Below, one piece after another: positions 1-10,724 of a stretch of DNA of 64,000 nt. Both the position numbers and the translations under genes were made by a program. Positions within the stretch are counted from its first letter, which is position 1. Each line of letters begins with the position of its first letter. Origin of the DNA: Bacteroidales bacterium (GTDB lineage: Bacteria > Bacteroidota > Bacteroidia > Bacteroidales > VadinHA17); the NCBI GenBank assembly GCA_029210565.1, contig JARGFQ010000002.1:89246-153245 (forward strand), written 5' to 3'. The notes beneath the pieces were generated by a model. That model made no database searches. It was given only the letters and a program-made list of their open reading frames with translations, and had not been told where the DNA came from.

Positions 1-1
1 C

Positions 2-2554
2 AAGGCCAAGCACCCTGATGCGATACTCCTCTTCAGGGTGGGTGATTTCTACGAGACCTTTGGTGAGGATGCCATCCGGGCTTCGGAAATACTGGGGATA
101 ACACTCACCAGGCGTGCCAACGGTGCTGCCAGCTCCGTCGAGCTGGCCGGCTTTCCGTATCATGCCCTTGACACCTACCTGCCGCGGCTTGTAAGGGCAG
201 GGCAGAGGGTGGCTATCTGTGAGCAGCTGGAGGATCCGAAGCTCACGAAGAAGATCGTCAAGAGGGGCATCACCGAACTTATTACGCCGGGGGTCTCTTT
301 CAGCGACAACGTGCTTGATCACAAGGAGAACAACTTCCTGGCTGCACTGCATTTCGACAGGCAGGCAGTGGGAGTGGCACTGCTCGATGTATCTACGGGC
401 GAATTTTATGTCACCGAGGGCGACACGTCACATGTAGATCAGATACTGAACAACTTCCAGCCCCGTGAGGTGCTCTTTGAGAAGCGCAGGACCGACATGT
501 TCCGTGAGAAGTTCGGCAGCCGCTTTTATACCTACAAGCTTGACGACTGGATCTTCACTCCCGGTACTGCCACCGAGAGACTGCTTAAGCAGTTTGGCAC
601 CACCTCGCTGAAGGGCTTCGGTATCCAGGGTCTTGCCAACGGCATCATCGCTGCCGGAGCGATACTCTATTATCTCGACATGACCCGGCATGAGAACCTG
701 GGTCACATAAACCATATCTCGCGCATCGAGGAGGAGAAGTATGTGTGGCTCGACCGGTTCACGGTACGAAACCTCGAGCTGTTCCACTCGCCGTACGAAG
801 GGGCAAAGACGCTGCTTGACATTGTCGACCGCACCCTCTCGCCCATGGGCGGGCGCATGATGAAGCGATGGATATCGCTTCCCCTCAAGGACATAGACGT
901 GCTGAATGCCAGGCTTGATATAGTTGAGTTTCTCATGGCCAACAGCGGCGTAACCGAGACCGTTGATGAACTTATCAGGGAGGTAGGCGACCTCGAACGG
1001 TTGCTGAGCAAGGCCGCCGTGGGGAAGGTTACACCGCGCGAGATGGCGCAGATACGGCGGGCGCTGACAGCCATCGGCGAGCTCAGGAGGGTATGCACAG
1101 ACACCGGATGCCAGCCGCTGGTGTCGCTGGCGGCTGGACTGGATCACTGCCCCGAGCTCTCTGACAATATCGGGCGAACGCTGACCCCTGACCCTCCGGC
1201 TGCCGTGAACAAAGGCAATGTCATCGCCGAAGGGGTGTGGAAGGAGCTCGATGAGCTACGCGAAATATATTACGGAGGAAAGAATTATCTCCATGAGCTG
1301 CAGCAGAGGGAGAGCCAGCGCACGGGCATTAGCTCGCTCAAGATCAGCTACAACAATGTCTTCGGCTATTATATCGAGGTGCGCAACACCCATAAGGACA
1401 AGGTGCCATCCGACTGGATCCGCAAGCAGACGCTGGTGAGTGCCGAGAGGTATATCACCGAGGAGCTGAAGGAGTATGAGAGCAAGATCCTCGGAGCCGG
1501 AGAGAAGATACTTGAACTCGAGACATCGCTGTTCAATGAGCTGATATCCTCGCTCACCCCGTACATAGCATTGATGCAGGCCGATGCGGCTGCTGTTGGC
1601 AGGCTCGACTGCCTCCGCTCCTTTGCCGCTGTCTCCGTGGAGAACGGATACAACAGGCCCCTGCTTGATGACAGTCTTGTCCTCGACATAAAAGAGGGAC
1701 GTCATCCCGTGATAGAGAAACAGCTGCCTCCTGATGAGCCCTATGTTCCCAACGACCTGTGGCTTGACAACAACGACCAGCAGGTAATAATACTCACCGG
1801 GCCCAACATGTCGGGTAAATCGGCCCTGCTGAGGCAGACGGCACTTATAGTGATCATGGCGCAGGCAGGGTGTTTCGTCCCGGCACGGGAGGCGCGCATA
1901 GGGATCATAGACAAGATATTCACCAGGGTGGGCGCCTCCGACAACCTGTCACTGGGCGAGTCGACCTTCATGGTTGAGATGAATGAGGCGGCAAGCATAC
2001 TGAACAACATCTCTGACCGCAGCCTGATACTCCTCGACGAGATCGGCAGGGGGACAAGCACCTATGACGGCATCTCCATAGCCTGGGCCATGGTCGAGTA
2101 TATCCATGAGAGCCGCCGCAGGGCCAAGACCCTCTTCGCCACGCACTACCATGAGCTTAATGAGATGGAGAACACCTTTGCCAGGGTCCGGAACTACAAT
2201 GTATCAATCAGGGAGCTCGACAACAGGGTTATCTTCCTCAGGAAGCTGAAGAGGGGAGGAAGCGAGCACAGCTTCGGGATCCATGTGGCGAGGATGGCCG
2301 GAATGCCCAGGAGCGTCGTGGGACGTGCTGACGAGATACTCAGCATGCTCGAGGAGGGCAGGGGAGGGAAGAGTCTCGGCAAGCCTGTGGAGGAGATAGC
2401 GGCGCACCGCGAGGGATACCAGCTGAGCATCTACCAGCTTGATGACCCGGTGCTGAAGCAGATACGTGACGAGCTGATGGGACTTGACCTTGACAATCTC
2501 ACCCCTATGGATGCTCTGAACAAGCTCTATAATATCCGGAAGTTATTGAGGTAA
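2..2554 (+). CDS. mutS: DNA mismatch repair protein MutS (5' end lies outside the window)
   Basis: Frame is open from base 2 ([18 protein letters not shown], mismatch-binding motif). Walker [34 protein letters not shown]. Confidence 0.98.
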   Translation, partial: KAKHPDAILLFRVGDFYETFGEDAIRASEILGITLTRRANGAASSVELAGFPYHALDTYLPRLVRAGQRVAICEQLEDPKLTKKIVKRGITELITPGVSFSDNVLDHKENNFLAALHFDRQAVGVALLDVSTGEFYVTEGDTSHVDQILNNFQPREVLFEKRRTDMFREKFGSRFYTYKLDDWIFTPGTATERLLKQFGTTSLKGFGIQGLANGIIAAGAILYYLDMTRHENLGHINHISRIEEEKYVWLDRFTVRNLELFHSPYEGAKTLLDIVDRTLSPMGGRMMKRWISLPLKDIDVLNARLDIVEFLMANSGVTETVDELIREVGDLERLLSKAAVGKVTPREMAQIRRALTAIGELRRVCTDTGCQPLVSLAAGLDHCPELSDNIGRTLTPDPPAAVNKGNVIAEGVWKELDELREIYYGGKNYLHELQQRESQRTGISSLKISYNNVFGYYIEVRNTHKDKVPSDWIRKQTLVSAERYITEELKEYESKILGAGEKILELETSLFNELISSLTPYIALMQADAAAVGRLDCLRSFAAVSVENGYNRPLLDDSLVLDIKEGRHPVIEKQLPPDEPYVPNDLWLDNNDQQVIILTGPNMSGKSALLRQTALIVIMAQAGCFVPAREARIGIIDKIFTRVGASDNLSLGESTFMVEMNEAASILNNISDRSLILLDEIGRGTSTYDGISIAWAMVEYIHESRRRAKTLFATHYHELNEMENTFARVRNYNVSIRELDNRVIFLRKLKRGGSEHSFGIHVARMAGMPRSVVGRADEILSMLEEGRGGKSLGKPVEEIAAHREGYQLSIYQLDDPVLKQIRDELMGLDLDNLTPMDALNKLYNIRKLLR

Positions 2555-2677
2555 ATTTCAGGGATCAGATTTTTGCGGCCTCCGCACATCTTTATTAACT
2601 GACTGTTCGCGAATAGTCAACAGCAAGGAGGTCTAAACATCACTTCAGATTCAATTTTGTTGTGAAAAGAATTTTAT

Positions 2678-2685
2678 TATTTTTG
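2678..2685 (+). promoter_or_regulatory. Bacteroidota -7 promoter element for tRNA-Gly
   Basis: TATTTTTG matches TAnnTTTG just upstream of the tRNA. Equivalent elements precede tRNA-Phe (5911-5918) and tRNA-Leu (24045-24052). Confidence 0.65.
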
Positions 2686-2696
2686 CAGTCACAATT

Positions 2697-2770
<74 letters not shown>

Positions 2771-2779
2771 AAGAATCGA

Positions 2780-2802
2780 GGAAGCATCAGGCTTCCTTTT
2801 TT
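2780..2802 (+). terminator. Rho-independent terminator after tRNA-Gly
   Basis: GGAAGC-ATCAG-GCTTCC followed by T6. Identical copy at 3158-3180. Confidence 0.75.
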
Positions 2803-2805
2803 AAT

Positions 2806-3087
2806 ATGGGCTACTGGGTGTATATAATCTATTCCCCATCGACGGACAGTTACTATAAGGGTCAGACTGATGATCTGGTAGACCGATTATCAAGGCATAA
2901 TAATGGCTGGGAGAAGACAACGAAGTCAGGGGTTCCCTGGCTGCTGGTATGGGAGTGCCAGAAGCCGGACAGGTCATCTGCTGTCAGGTTGGAAAGGAAA
3001 TTGAAGAATCTGTCGAAAGAGAGGACCAGGCAATTTATTCTGAAGTATACTTCTGGGGTCGCGAGCCCTGACGATACTGACCTGTAA
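2806..3087 (+). CDS. Small GIY-YIG nuclease family protein (93 aa)
   Basis: YWVYIIYS...YYKGQT...RLSRHNNG...TK...PW...A.RLERKLK pattern. ATG at 2806; the ORF-track start overlaps the tRNA. Confidence 0.88.
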   Translation: MGYWVYIIYSPSTDSYYKGQTDDLVDRLSRHNNGWEKTTKSGVPWLLVWECQKPDRSSAVRLERKLKNLSKERTRQFILKYTSGVASPDDTDL

Positions 3088-3180
3088 TGGTCAGTATGTC
3101 AGGGTGCTGACCGCTTGCGCGTCAGCATTCGAGTCTCGTTTCCCGCTCAAGAATCGAGGAAGCATCAGGCTTCCTTTTTT
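3055..3180 (+). repeat. Duplicated tRNA-Gly 3' half plus terminator, interrupted by a 62-bp double hairpin
   Basis: 3055-3065 equals 2739-2749 and 3128-3180 equals 2750-2802 (exact). The insert is 3066-3127. Confidence 0.95.
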
Positions 3181-3800
3181 TATTTCACCGGTCCCCAGTC
3201 GACCAGTATACCGTCTCTGAAGTAGAGGTACTTCTTTGAGTAGATCCACTCTTCCTCGACACTCTGATCAACGTACATGCGGTTTATCTGAACCGGCTTG
3301 CCCCAGCTGTCGCGTGCCATGTCGGATGTGATACCTTTCCATACCTTATGCTGGTAGAGCCTCTTGCCGATGTCGGCACCGTACTTGTCCACGAGGGCCT
3401 CCCACCTGTTTGCCGGAGCATAGTACTGCTCCTCTTCGGGCAGCGGCGGCTCCTGCTGGTATTGAGGTTGTGGCTGCTGAACAGGCTGCTGGTCTGCCGG
3501 CCGGTCGGCTGGCGGCATCATTTGTACTGTCACGGGTGCGGCTTCAGGGAGGGGCTCTCCCAGCCTGTCGGACCTGACAAAGCCGTCCAACCCGTCAAAA
3601 AGTATTCTTGTGTAGAGAGAGTCAGCGGTAACCACTTCCACTGTGCTGTCGTCGGGGATCAGCGTTAATACTGAGGTAAGGTCATCCTTGTCGCCGAAGA
3701 GCCTGACGGCCCCTTTGGTGGTTGCCTTCGGCAGATCCTGTGCCATTATTGCAATGCCAGCAAAGAGGGCAAGCATTGAAACTGCTATTCTTTTCATCAT
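3180..3800 (-). CDS. Secreted hypothetical protein with SH3-like N-terminal domain, Pro/Gln linker and small C-terminal domain
   Basis: Signal peptide. SH3b-like end (YTRILFDGLDGFVRSDRL), P/Q-rich linker, C-terminal ARDSWGKP...EEWIY...YLYFRDG motif. Confidence 0.7.
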   Translation of the reverse strand: MMKRIAVSMLALFAGIAIMAQDLPKATTKGAVRLFGDKDDLTSVLTLIPDDSTVEVVTADSLYTRILFDGLDGFVRSDRLGEPLPEAAPVTVQMMPPADRPADQQPVQQPQPQYQQEPPLPEEEQYYAPANRWEALVDKYGADIGKRLYQHKVWKGITSDMARDSWGKPVQINRMYVDQSVEEEWIYSKKYLYFRDGILVDWGPVK

Positions 3801-3957
3801 ATAATAATTTATTTCATTTGTATGATAGCCTGTCCCGGTTTATCGGGAGAACCTCCATGTATCAGATTATTATGTAATTGTGTTTGTGTGTGCTAACACA
3901 TGGAGGTTTCATGATCGTATTATCTGTTACTCTTTTGCGATCAAAAACCGTACCACC

Positions 3958-4590
3958 TTATTTCCTGCGGATGATCATAAGCCCGTCTCTAAGGGGCAGG
4001 ATCAGTTTTTCAACGCGGTCGTCGCTGCGAATCTTCTCGTTGAACATCACGATCCCATTTCCCTGAGGGTCTTTCACTGCCTCTTCCGTGTCAATCTTAC
4101 CACCCCAGAGAACATTGTCGGCGATGATGATACCGCCCTTGCGTACCCTGTCAAGAACGAGGTCGTAGTATTCGCAGTACTCGCGCTTGTCGCCGTCAAT
4201 GAACACCAGGTCGAAGATGCAGTCCAGGGTTGGAATGATATCCTGTGCCCTGCCGGTATGCTGTGTCACCCTGTCAGCCACACCTGCAAGGGCAATATAG
4301 CGGGAACTCATTTCGTGAAGCTCGTCGTTTGACTCTATGGTATGCAGCTCTCCTCCGGGCTTCAGTCCACGTGCCAGGCAGATGGCCGAGTATCCTGTAT
4401 AGGTGCCTATCTCAAGAACATATGAGGGTTGTATCATATGTGAGATCATCTCGAGGAGCTTCCCCTGGAGGTGTCCCGAGGCCATGTTCGGGTTAACAAC
4501 GTACAGATGTGTCTGGCGGAATAGCGCTGCGAGCACCTCATCCTCCGGTGTGCTGTGCTCCCTGATGTAGCGTTCAGCCTTTTTCTCCAT
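3958..4590 (-). CDS. O-methyltransferase (Methyltransf_3 / caffeoyl-CoA OMT-like)
   Basis: VLEIGTYTGYSA, FDLVFIDGDK, ADNVLWGG, LPLRDGL. Start placed at MEKKAERY. Confidence 0.92.
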   Translation of the reverse strand: MEKKAERYIREHSTPEDEVLAALFRQTHLYVVNPNMASGHLQGKLLEMISHMIQPSYVLEIGTYTGYSAICLARGLKPGGELHTIESNDELHEMSSRYIALAGVADRVTQHTGRAQDIIPTLDCIFDLVFIDGDKREYCEYYDLVLDRVRKGGIIIADNVLWGGKIDTEEAVKDPQGNGIVMFNEKIRSDDRVEKLILPLRDGLMIIRRK

Positions 4591-5812
4591 TCTGCCTGTA
4601 TATAAGGGTTGACAGTGAAGCCTCCTCAAATACTGTGCTGGCGATGTCTGTCAGTTCGATGGCGGTTACCGCGTCTATCTTGCGAAAAATCTCCTCCATA
4701 GAATCGATTCGACCAAAGATCAGCAGGCTCTTTCCGAGGCTGAGCATCAGGCTCTCGTGGTTCTCGTAGGCCCTTGCCAGGTAGCCTCTGATCTGGTTTT
4801 TGGCCTTGGTGAGTTGCAGGGAGCCCAGGGGCTGGCGGCGCAGCCTCTCCAGTTCGGTGCGGGTCAGGGAGATGCTCTTTTCAAGGTTGCGGCTGTCAGT
4901 ACCGAAGTATATGGTTATCAGGCCGGTGTCTGTATACGGGTTGTACATCGACTCCACATTGTAGGCATACCCGCGTTTCTCACGGAGCGAGAGGTTCAGT
5001 CGTGAGTTCATCCCCTGTCCGCCCAGGATGTTATTCAGCATGAAGAGTCCCATCCGGCTGGAGTGGTGAAGGTCGTAGCCGATATTTCCGATGATGCAGT
5101 GGTTCTGGAAGGTCTCCATTTTCTTTTCAAAAGTAACCGGTCTGTACCTGTACTCTGACCTTTGCCGGCGGGTGCCATCCCTGGCAACGATCCTGCCGAA
5201 ATGCTTTTCAAACAGCGCAGTGATATTTTTCGGGCTGATGGCTCCCACAGAGCAGAATACCATCTCTGAGGTGGAATAGTTTCTTGCAATGAATTTGCGT
5301 ATCGACTCGCCCGTCACGGCCTTCACTGTCTCCGGCCGTCCAAGGATATTCCTTCCTATGGGCTGGTCAGGGAAGACAAGCTCCTCGAACTCGTCAAAGA
5401 TATATTCTGCTGGGTTATCGAGATATGAGTTGATCTCCTCCATGACCACCTCCTTTTCCTTCTCTATCTCTGCAGGGGGGAAGGTGGATGAGAAGAGGAG
5501 GTCTGCCAGCAATTCCGTTGCGCGAGGGTAGTGTTCCTTGAGGAAGGATGCATGGATGGCGGTCTCCTCCTTGGTGGTATAGGCATTCAGTTCGCCGCCG
5601 ACGTCCTCGAGGCGGCTGAGGATATGAAACGACTTGCGGTGTGTTGTGCCCTTGAAGAGCATATGTTCGATGAAGTGGGCGGTGCCGTGTTCTTCGGGAA
5701 GCTCATCGCGTGAGCCGGCGTTGATGATTACGCCGCAGTGTGCCACCTCGCTGGCAGTCATGCAGTGCACCAGCCTTATGCCGTTGGGTAGTGTGTGAAA
5801 TGTAAGGTCCAT
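4574..5812 (-). CDS. M16 family zinc peptidase (single unit)
   Basis: HFIEH inverted zinc motif, LNAYTTKEET, LREKRGYAY. Start at MDLTFHTLPNG because the longer ORF overlaps the tRNA. Confidence 0.92.
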   Translation of the reverse strand: MDLTFHTLPNGIRLVHCMTASEVAHCGVIINAGSRDELPEEHGTAHFIEHMLFKGTTHRKSFHILSRLEDVGGELNAYTTKEETAIHASFLKEHYPRATELLADLLFSSTFPPAEIEKEKEVVMEEINSYLDNPAEYIFDEFEELVFPDQPIGRNILGRPETVKAVTGESIRKFIARNYSTSEMVFCSVGAISPKNITALFEKHFGRIVARDGTRRQRSEYRYRPVTFEKKMETFQNHCIIGNIGYDLHHSSRMGLFMLNNILGGQGMNSRLNLSLREKRGYAYNVESMYNPYTDTGLITIYFGTDSRNLEKSISLTRTELERLRRQPLGSLQLTKAKNQIRGYLARAYENHESLMLSLGKSLLIFGRIDSMEEIFRKIDAVTAIELTDIASTVFEEASLSTLIYRQNGEKG

Positions 5813-5929
5813 GCCTGTTTCTAAGCTCGGGTAAAGATAGCATGAAATGAGTTGTCCGGCACAATTATGCAAAGTGGCTGGGGGGTCTTGCATGAAAATA
5901 TAATATGCAGTATATTTGCAATCCGAAAT

Positions 5930-6002
<73 letters not shown>

Positions 6003-6016
6003 CATCCCCAAAACGC

Positions 6017-6051
6017 AAATCCCGCATGATCAATGATCTGCGGGATTTTGT
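6017..6051. terminator. Hairpin/terminator after tRNA-Phe
   Basis: AAATCCCGCA...TGCGGGATTT inverted repeat between the tRNA and the convergent relE-like gene. Confidence 0.65.
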
Positions 6052-6088
6052 AATTGTGGAGGTGACGGAATTGGTAACGATTATGCAG

Positions 6089-6343
6089 TTATTTATAGAT
6101 TTCTTTTCTGTGACCGACAGAAACGATGATAACGATAATTTTGTCATTGTCAATTTCGTAGATGATACGATAATCGCCAACACGAATTCGGTAAGCATCT
6201 TCGCCTTTTAGTTTTTTGTATCCGTATGGTCTGGGGTTATCGGCCAGAGAGGGGATAGCCGTTTTAATAACAGGGATAACCTTTTTATCCAGCTTCATTA
6301 TCTGCTTCTGGGCATACCGCTCAATAAGAACTGTATACTTCAT
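6089..6343 (-). CDS. Type II toxin, RelE/ParE family
   Basis: 84 aa, basic. LADNPRPYGYKKLKG, YRIRVGDYRIIYEI, VGHRKEIY. Confidence 0.92.
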   Translation of the reverse strand: MKYTVLIERYAQKQIMKLDKKVIPVIKTAIPSLADNPRPYGYKKLKGEDAYRIRVGDYRIIYEIDNDKIIVIIVSVGHRKEIYK

Positions 6344-6537
6344 TTTACAGCTTCTTCAATCTCCCTGAATGCCTGTTCAAAGGGTATCGCATTGCCTTTA
6401 TGGGCCTTGGCTTTGCGGTATTCCTTTATCTCTTCCAGTTCTTCGGAATCAGCCACAAGCTTCTTATAGGTTTTAATTGGAACCTGCACTGCTATTTTCC
6501 GGCCCTTTTTATCGATTATATAGTTTTCCTGAATCAT
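6340..6537 (-). CDS. Putative cognate antitoxin
   Basis: 65 aa, overlaps the toxin start by 4 nt. YIIDKKGRKIAVQVPI N-terminus and acidic helix. Confidence 0.78.
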   Translation of the reverse strand: MIQENYIIDKKGRKIAVQVPIKTYKKLVADSEELEEIKEYRKAKAHKGNAIPFEQAFREIEEAVK

Positions 6538-6656
6538 AACCTAATCTATTGATCTGTTTTCCAAACATTCCATTTTACAAAGATAAACTACTCGAAAGAA
6601 TTTTCAAAAACCAGCCTTATTCGCCTTGTCAGTGCCTGGCTAAGAATTTCTTGGGG

Positions 6657-6696
6657 CTGGTGGTCCCGCATCCTGAAGACGCAAATTCTGCAAGAT
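6657..6696 (+). repeat. Degenerate copy of the tRNA-Phe 3' end and flank (att-like scar)
   Basis: 32/40 identity to 5991-6030. Confidence 0.75.
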
Positions 6697-6777
6697 TAAA
6701 TAGGCCGGTTGCATTGACCACATTGCACCGGAATTTAATTGGCCATCTTCTGCTGGTTATATTTATCAGTGGTCATT

Positions 6778-9135
6778 TCAATGGTTGTTTTGCGAGAGCA
6801 TCATCATCTCCGTACCTGCGAGAAGGAATGCTCCGACACCGTATACTTCAGTCATATCAGATGTAACAATCTTCGGATCCTGGCCGACAGGTTGCACCCA
6901 GCCGAGTTTGCCATCTGCATGAACAGCGCTTACAAGCGCCTGCCATGCGTTGATGACCACAGGATTGTAGATTTCTTTATCAAGCAGGCCCGAATTTACC
7001 CCATAAGCCAGGGCATAGCAAAAGAATGAGGAAGAGCTGGTCTCCGGATTTGGAAAACTCTGATGGTCTAGCATGCTGGCGTGCCAGAAACCCTCTCTGT
7101 CCTGGCACGAAGCCACCTTTTCTGCCATTTCAGCAAATAGTCTCTCATAGAATGGCCGGTAAACGCTTTTTGCAGGCAGTTCCTTCAACAGGGAAACAAT
7201 GCCACCCATCACCCAGCCGTTTCCCCGGCCCCAGAATACTTTTCTGCCGTTTGATTCCAGCACCTTTTCCGGGAAATAGCGATGATCACGATAGAAGAGA
7301 TGCTCCTCCATGTCAAACAGGAGCATATAGGTGGCTTTAAACTCACTGTCCATGAACTCCAGATACTTATCATCCCCGGTAATGGCCGACAGTTTTGCAT
7401 AGACCGGTGGCGCCATGAAGAGGGCATCGCACCATGACCATCTTTCAGTGGTTAGCGGGTCGCTGTAATCAAGCAGTAAACCGGCCGCGGAAGGATGCGA
7501 GATCACATAATCAAGCCTGGCCTGCGTGGGTGCCAAAATAAGGTAACTGTTCTTATCTGATTTCTTGTGCCTATACATATCGAGATACATCTGGCAGACG
7601 GCTATGTCATCAGCATGATACATGTTCTTAAAGGGCTGCCATGAATGACTTCTCCCGATCCTGTAGCGCCAGTCCAAATATTTCCCGTCAGGGCTGATCT
7701 TTGCAAACTCCATCATCCCGGCATAAAGAGCACCGTTGGTCCAGTCGAGTTGATGGTGCGGCACAGATGCAAAATTGTCAATCTGCCAGTCGGCCACGGC
7801 ACTCATCACTTTCATAATATTCCCCGGATTCAGATCCGCTGAGAACTTCCCTGCTGCCTCATTTCCTCTGATGGCAGTGCTGTAATTTGTATAGTGCTCA
7901 TAATGATTTATATGCATCCACATGACTCGAGGAGAGAGTGAGGCAGGAGAATTTCTTACCACGAAAGGACGCACATTGTCCTTCAGTGATTTTGATGTAA
8001 CGGCACTTCCTGAAAAACTATCGCCTCCGTCTTTGGTAACCCATTCCTCAATTTCATACCGGTCATTCACCGGCCTTGACATGTAGACCCTGCAGGGATC
8101 ATTATGGTCCAGCACAATGCCTCCGGAGTAATGGGGTTCAGGATCTCTCTCCTGCTTCTGCCTGCTGAACCTGGGGAAGGCGCTTCCCGCCTTGCAGATT
8201 CTGCTGTTTTTCCATTCTGTCCCCGTCCAGGTGCCCCAGTTGTAGTAATGCTGAGTTTCTTCGGGAAGGGTAGTATAGGCAATTACAGGTCTTCCATCAC
8301 CGGTAAGGGCGATATCCCAGATCCATGCCCTCTGCTTTGCAGCTTCACCGTCATATGCCCTCAGTACCATTTCCTGCTCAATCGGCAGGTTATCCATGTC
8401 ACCCATTTTATTGCCGGCAGCGTCGAAGAAGTTGCCACTTTCGTATTTCAGATAATAGATGGAGTTGTAGTTTTCATCCCTCGGGTGTCCGTCGGTAAAG
8501 GCAAAATGAATAACTGAATTACCGTCAGAGACGATCTTGGTATAGGGTCGGTTATGGATATTGTTGATTTTTTTCGACACAATAGTCTTTGGTTCGGACC
8601 ATGTTTTGCCATAATCATCAGAGGTGATAAAGGAAGGTTTCCAGTCATATCCTCCCCTGAAAAAGAGATAGATCCGGTTATTTTCATTTCTCAGCAAAAC
8701 AGGGTTGGTATAACAGGCCATTTTCCCCAGATCGAGTGAATCAACATTTGAAAACCTGTCTATCTCTTCGGGTTTTTCGGAGGTAGTGTAATAAACCTTA
8801 CCTCCGTGCCTGGTAAAAAACACCATCAACCGTCCGTCAGGCAAAACCAGTAATGATGGATTTACATGGTCATCTGCCTGGAGGTTGGGGTAAATCAATG
8901 TCTTTCCTTCATCACCTGTCCGGTGGTCTTTACAGGCAACCATAATATCTCCCCCGGAAGTGACAAATCCGGTATATGTACGTTCATGGATCCCCTTATA
9001 GTAAACGGCTCTCGGATCAGAGAACCAGCACCATGCTCCGTCTTCAGCAACTGTTACAAAATCTTCTGCCCTCTGAGCTGCTGTGGAAATCATGATTAAA
9101 AGACACGGGCTTATCAGTAGCAATCTCTTGTACAT
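6778..9135 (-). CDS. BNR-4 repeat beta-propeller fused to a GH105/GH88 unsaturated glycuronyl hydrolase
   Basis: Signal peptide. N-half GAWCWFSDPRA, DDHVNPSL, SDDYGKTW (BNR), FTDGHP. C-half DWTNGA, HADD, WSWCDALFMAPP, FWGRGNGW. Confidence 0.85.
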   Translation of the reverse strand: MYKRLLLISPCLLIMISTAAQRAEDFVTVAEDGAWCWFSDPRAVYYKGIHERTYTGFVTSGGDIMVACKDHRTGDEGKTLIYPNLQADDHVNPSLLVLPDGRLMVFFTRHGGKVYYTTSEKPEEIDRFSNVDSLDLGKMACYTNPVLLRNENNRIYLFFRGGYDWKPSFITSDDYGKTWSEPKTIVSKKINNIHNRPYTKIVSDGNSVIHFAFTDGHPRDENYNSIYYLKYESGNFFDAAGNKMGDMDNLPIEQEMVLRAYDGEAAKQRAWIWDIALTGDGRPVIAYTTLPEETQHYYNWGTWTGTEWKNSRICKAGSAFPRFSRQKQERDPEPHYSGGIVLDHNDPCRVYMSRPVNDRYEIEEWVTKDGGDSFSGSAVTSKSLKDNVRPFVVRNSPASLSPRVMWMHINHYEHYTNYSTAIRGNEAAGKFSADLNPGNIMKVMSAVADWQIDNFASVPHHQLDWTNGALYAGMMEFAKISPDGKYLDWRYRIGRSHSWQPFKNMYHADDIAVCQMYLDMYRHKKSDKNSYLILAPTQARLDYVISHPSAAGLLLDYSDPLTTERWSWCDALFMAPPVYAKLSAITGDDKYLEFMDSEFKATYMLLFDMEEHLFYRDHRYFPEKVLESNGRKVFWGRGNGWVMGGIVSLLKELPAKSVYRPFYERLFAEMAEKVASCQDREGFWHASMLDHQSFPNPETSSSSFFCYALAYGVNSGLLDKEIYNPVVINAWQALVSAVHADGKLGWVQPVGQDPKIVTSDMTEVYGVGAFLLAGTEMMMLSQNNH

Positions 9136-9363
9136 CTGGCGTATGTATTCAGGATTAATATCAAATCATTGTAAAGGAAATAGCATGTATGTGCAAAAAC
9201 AAACCCGAATGATAATAATTTCTTCTGTACTGTTTTTTTTGGGTTAAATGGAGGCAAAGTAGGATCTATTTATGGCAGGCGTTCATTATAGGAATGCCGG
9301 ATAGGGGTTCTCCCCATCTGTTTCTTTCCACAACCGCTGTCTGATGGTTGTTTTCAACGACCT

Positions 9364-9390
9364 CATGATCAATGATCTGCGTGATTTTGT
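9364..9390 (+). repeat. Direct repeat of the tRNA-Phe downstream flank
   Basis: 26/27 identity to 6025-6051. Confidence 0.8.
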
Positions 9391-9482
9391 CATATTAAAA
9401 TAGGTTAATTATCACAATCCGGCCCCCTGGCTCATCTATTAGGTTACCTTTGGCCTCAATTATAACAAGAGGGGAAATGGAG

Positions 9483-10568
9483 ATGAATGAATTAAGAATT
9501 GGGAATCTGACAGTTGCTGTTCCGATTATACAGGGAGGCATGGGGGTAGGAATTTCACTTTCAGGGCTTGCATCAGCGGTTGCGAATGAAGGCGGAGTAG
9601 GTGTTATTTCGAGTGCAGGATTGGGTCTTTTATATAAGAACTTTTCCGGGAACCTGTTCGAGGCCAGTATTTACGGACTTAAAGAGGAGATACGCAAAGC
9701 GAGGGAAAAGACGAAAGGGATCATCGGCGTTAACGTAATGGTGGCCATGACAAATTTCGTGGATATGATCAAGACCTCCATCGCTGAAAAGGTCGATATC
9801 ATTATTGCGGGAGCCGGGTTGCCGCTTGATCTGCCATCCTTTTTAAAGAAAGACAGCATTACCAGGCTCATACCTATTGTCTCATCAGCCAGAGCGACCA
9901 GGATAATTTGTGAAAAGTGGAAGGCAAACTATGATTATCTGCCCGATGCTGTTATCGTTGAAGGGCCAAAGGCCGGCGGGCACCTGGGTTTTAAGGAGGG
10001 ACAGATAGGGGATAATAATTATTCCCTGGAAAAGCTGGTGCCGGAAATAGTTGATGAGCTGAAAACATTTGAGGAAAAATACAATAAACCGATACCGCTC
10101 ATTGCAGCAGGGGGTATTTATACGGGAGAGGATATCAGTAATATAATGAAACTGGGAGCTTCCGGGGTACAGATGGGAACCAGGTTCGTTACCACCGATG
10201 AATGTGATGCCTCGCAAGGATTTAAACAGGCATACATTGATGCCGCCGAAAAGGATATTGAGATCATAAAGAGTCCTGTTGGCATGCCGGGAAGAGCTAT
10301 ACTTTCGGCTTTTATCCAGAAAGTAAAAGAGGGGAAGAAGCAACCCCTGCATTGCCCGTTTAAATGTATCAGGACCTGTGACATTTCAAAAAGTCCTTAT
10401 TGCATTATAATTGCACTGGTTAATGCTCTTAAGGGCAACTTTGAGAATGGATTTGCCTTTGCCGGCAGCAACGCATTCAGGGCAACCAAGATATCATCAG
10501 TGAAAGAGGTCTTCCAGGCTTTGATAAATGAATACAGGGAGAGTAAGCCGGCTTTGGGAGAAGTCTGA
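9483..10568 (+). CDS. Nitronate monooxygenase / FabK-like flavin oxidoreductase
   Basis: PIIQGGMGVGIS, EGPKAGGHLG, AAGGI, GVQMGTRF, SPVGMPGRA, C-terminal Cys cluster. Confidence 0.9.
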   Translation: MNELRIGNLTVAVPIIQGGMGVGISLSGLASAVANEGGVGVISSAGLGLLYKNFSGNLFEASIYGLKEEIRKAREKTKGIIGVNVMVAMTNFVDMIKTSIAEKVDIIIAGAGLPLDLPSFLKKDSITRLIPIVSSARATRIICEKWKANYDYLPDAVIVEGPKAGGHLGFKEGQIGDNNYSLEKLVPEIVDELKTFEEKYNKPIPLIAAGGIYTGEDISNIMKLGASGVQMGTRFVTTDECDASQGFKQAYIDAAEKDIEIIKSPVGMPGRAILSAFIQKVKEGKKQPLHCPFKCIRTCDISKSPYCIIIALVNALKGNFENGFAFAGSNAFRATKISSVKEVFQALINEYRESKPALGEV

Positions 10569-10724
10569 TAAAGGGCCTGTGATGGAAGGCCGCTGGGTCT
10601 GACAGAACAACCTGACCTTTGATTATTGTTTCGTAATGGCCAAAGTGGCTGCCTGCATAATTTTTGCCCCGTCTGTACGTTGATTGTTTGAGGCAATGTT
10701 TTTAATAATCCAAACAGGGGGGAA

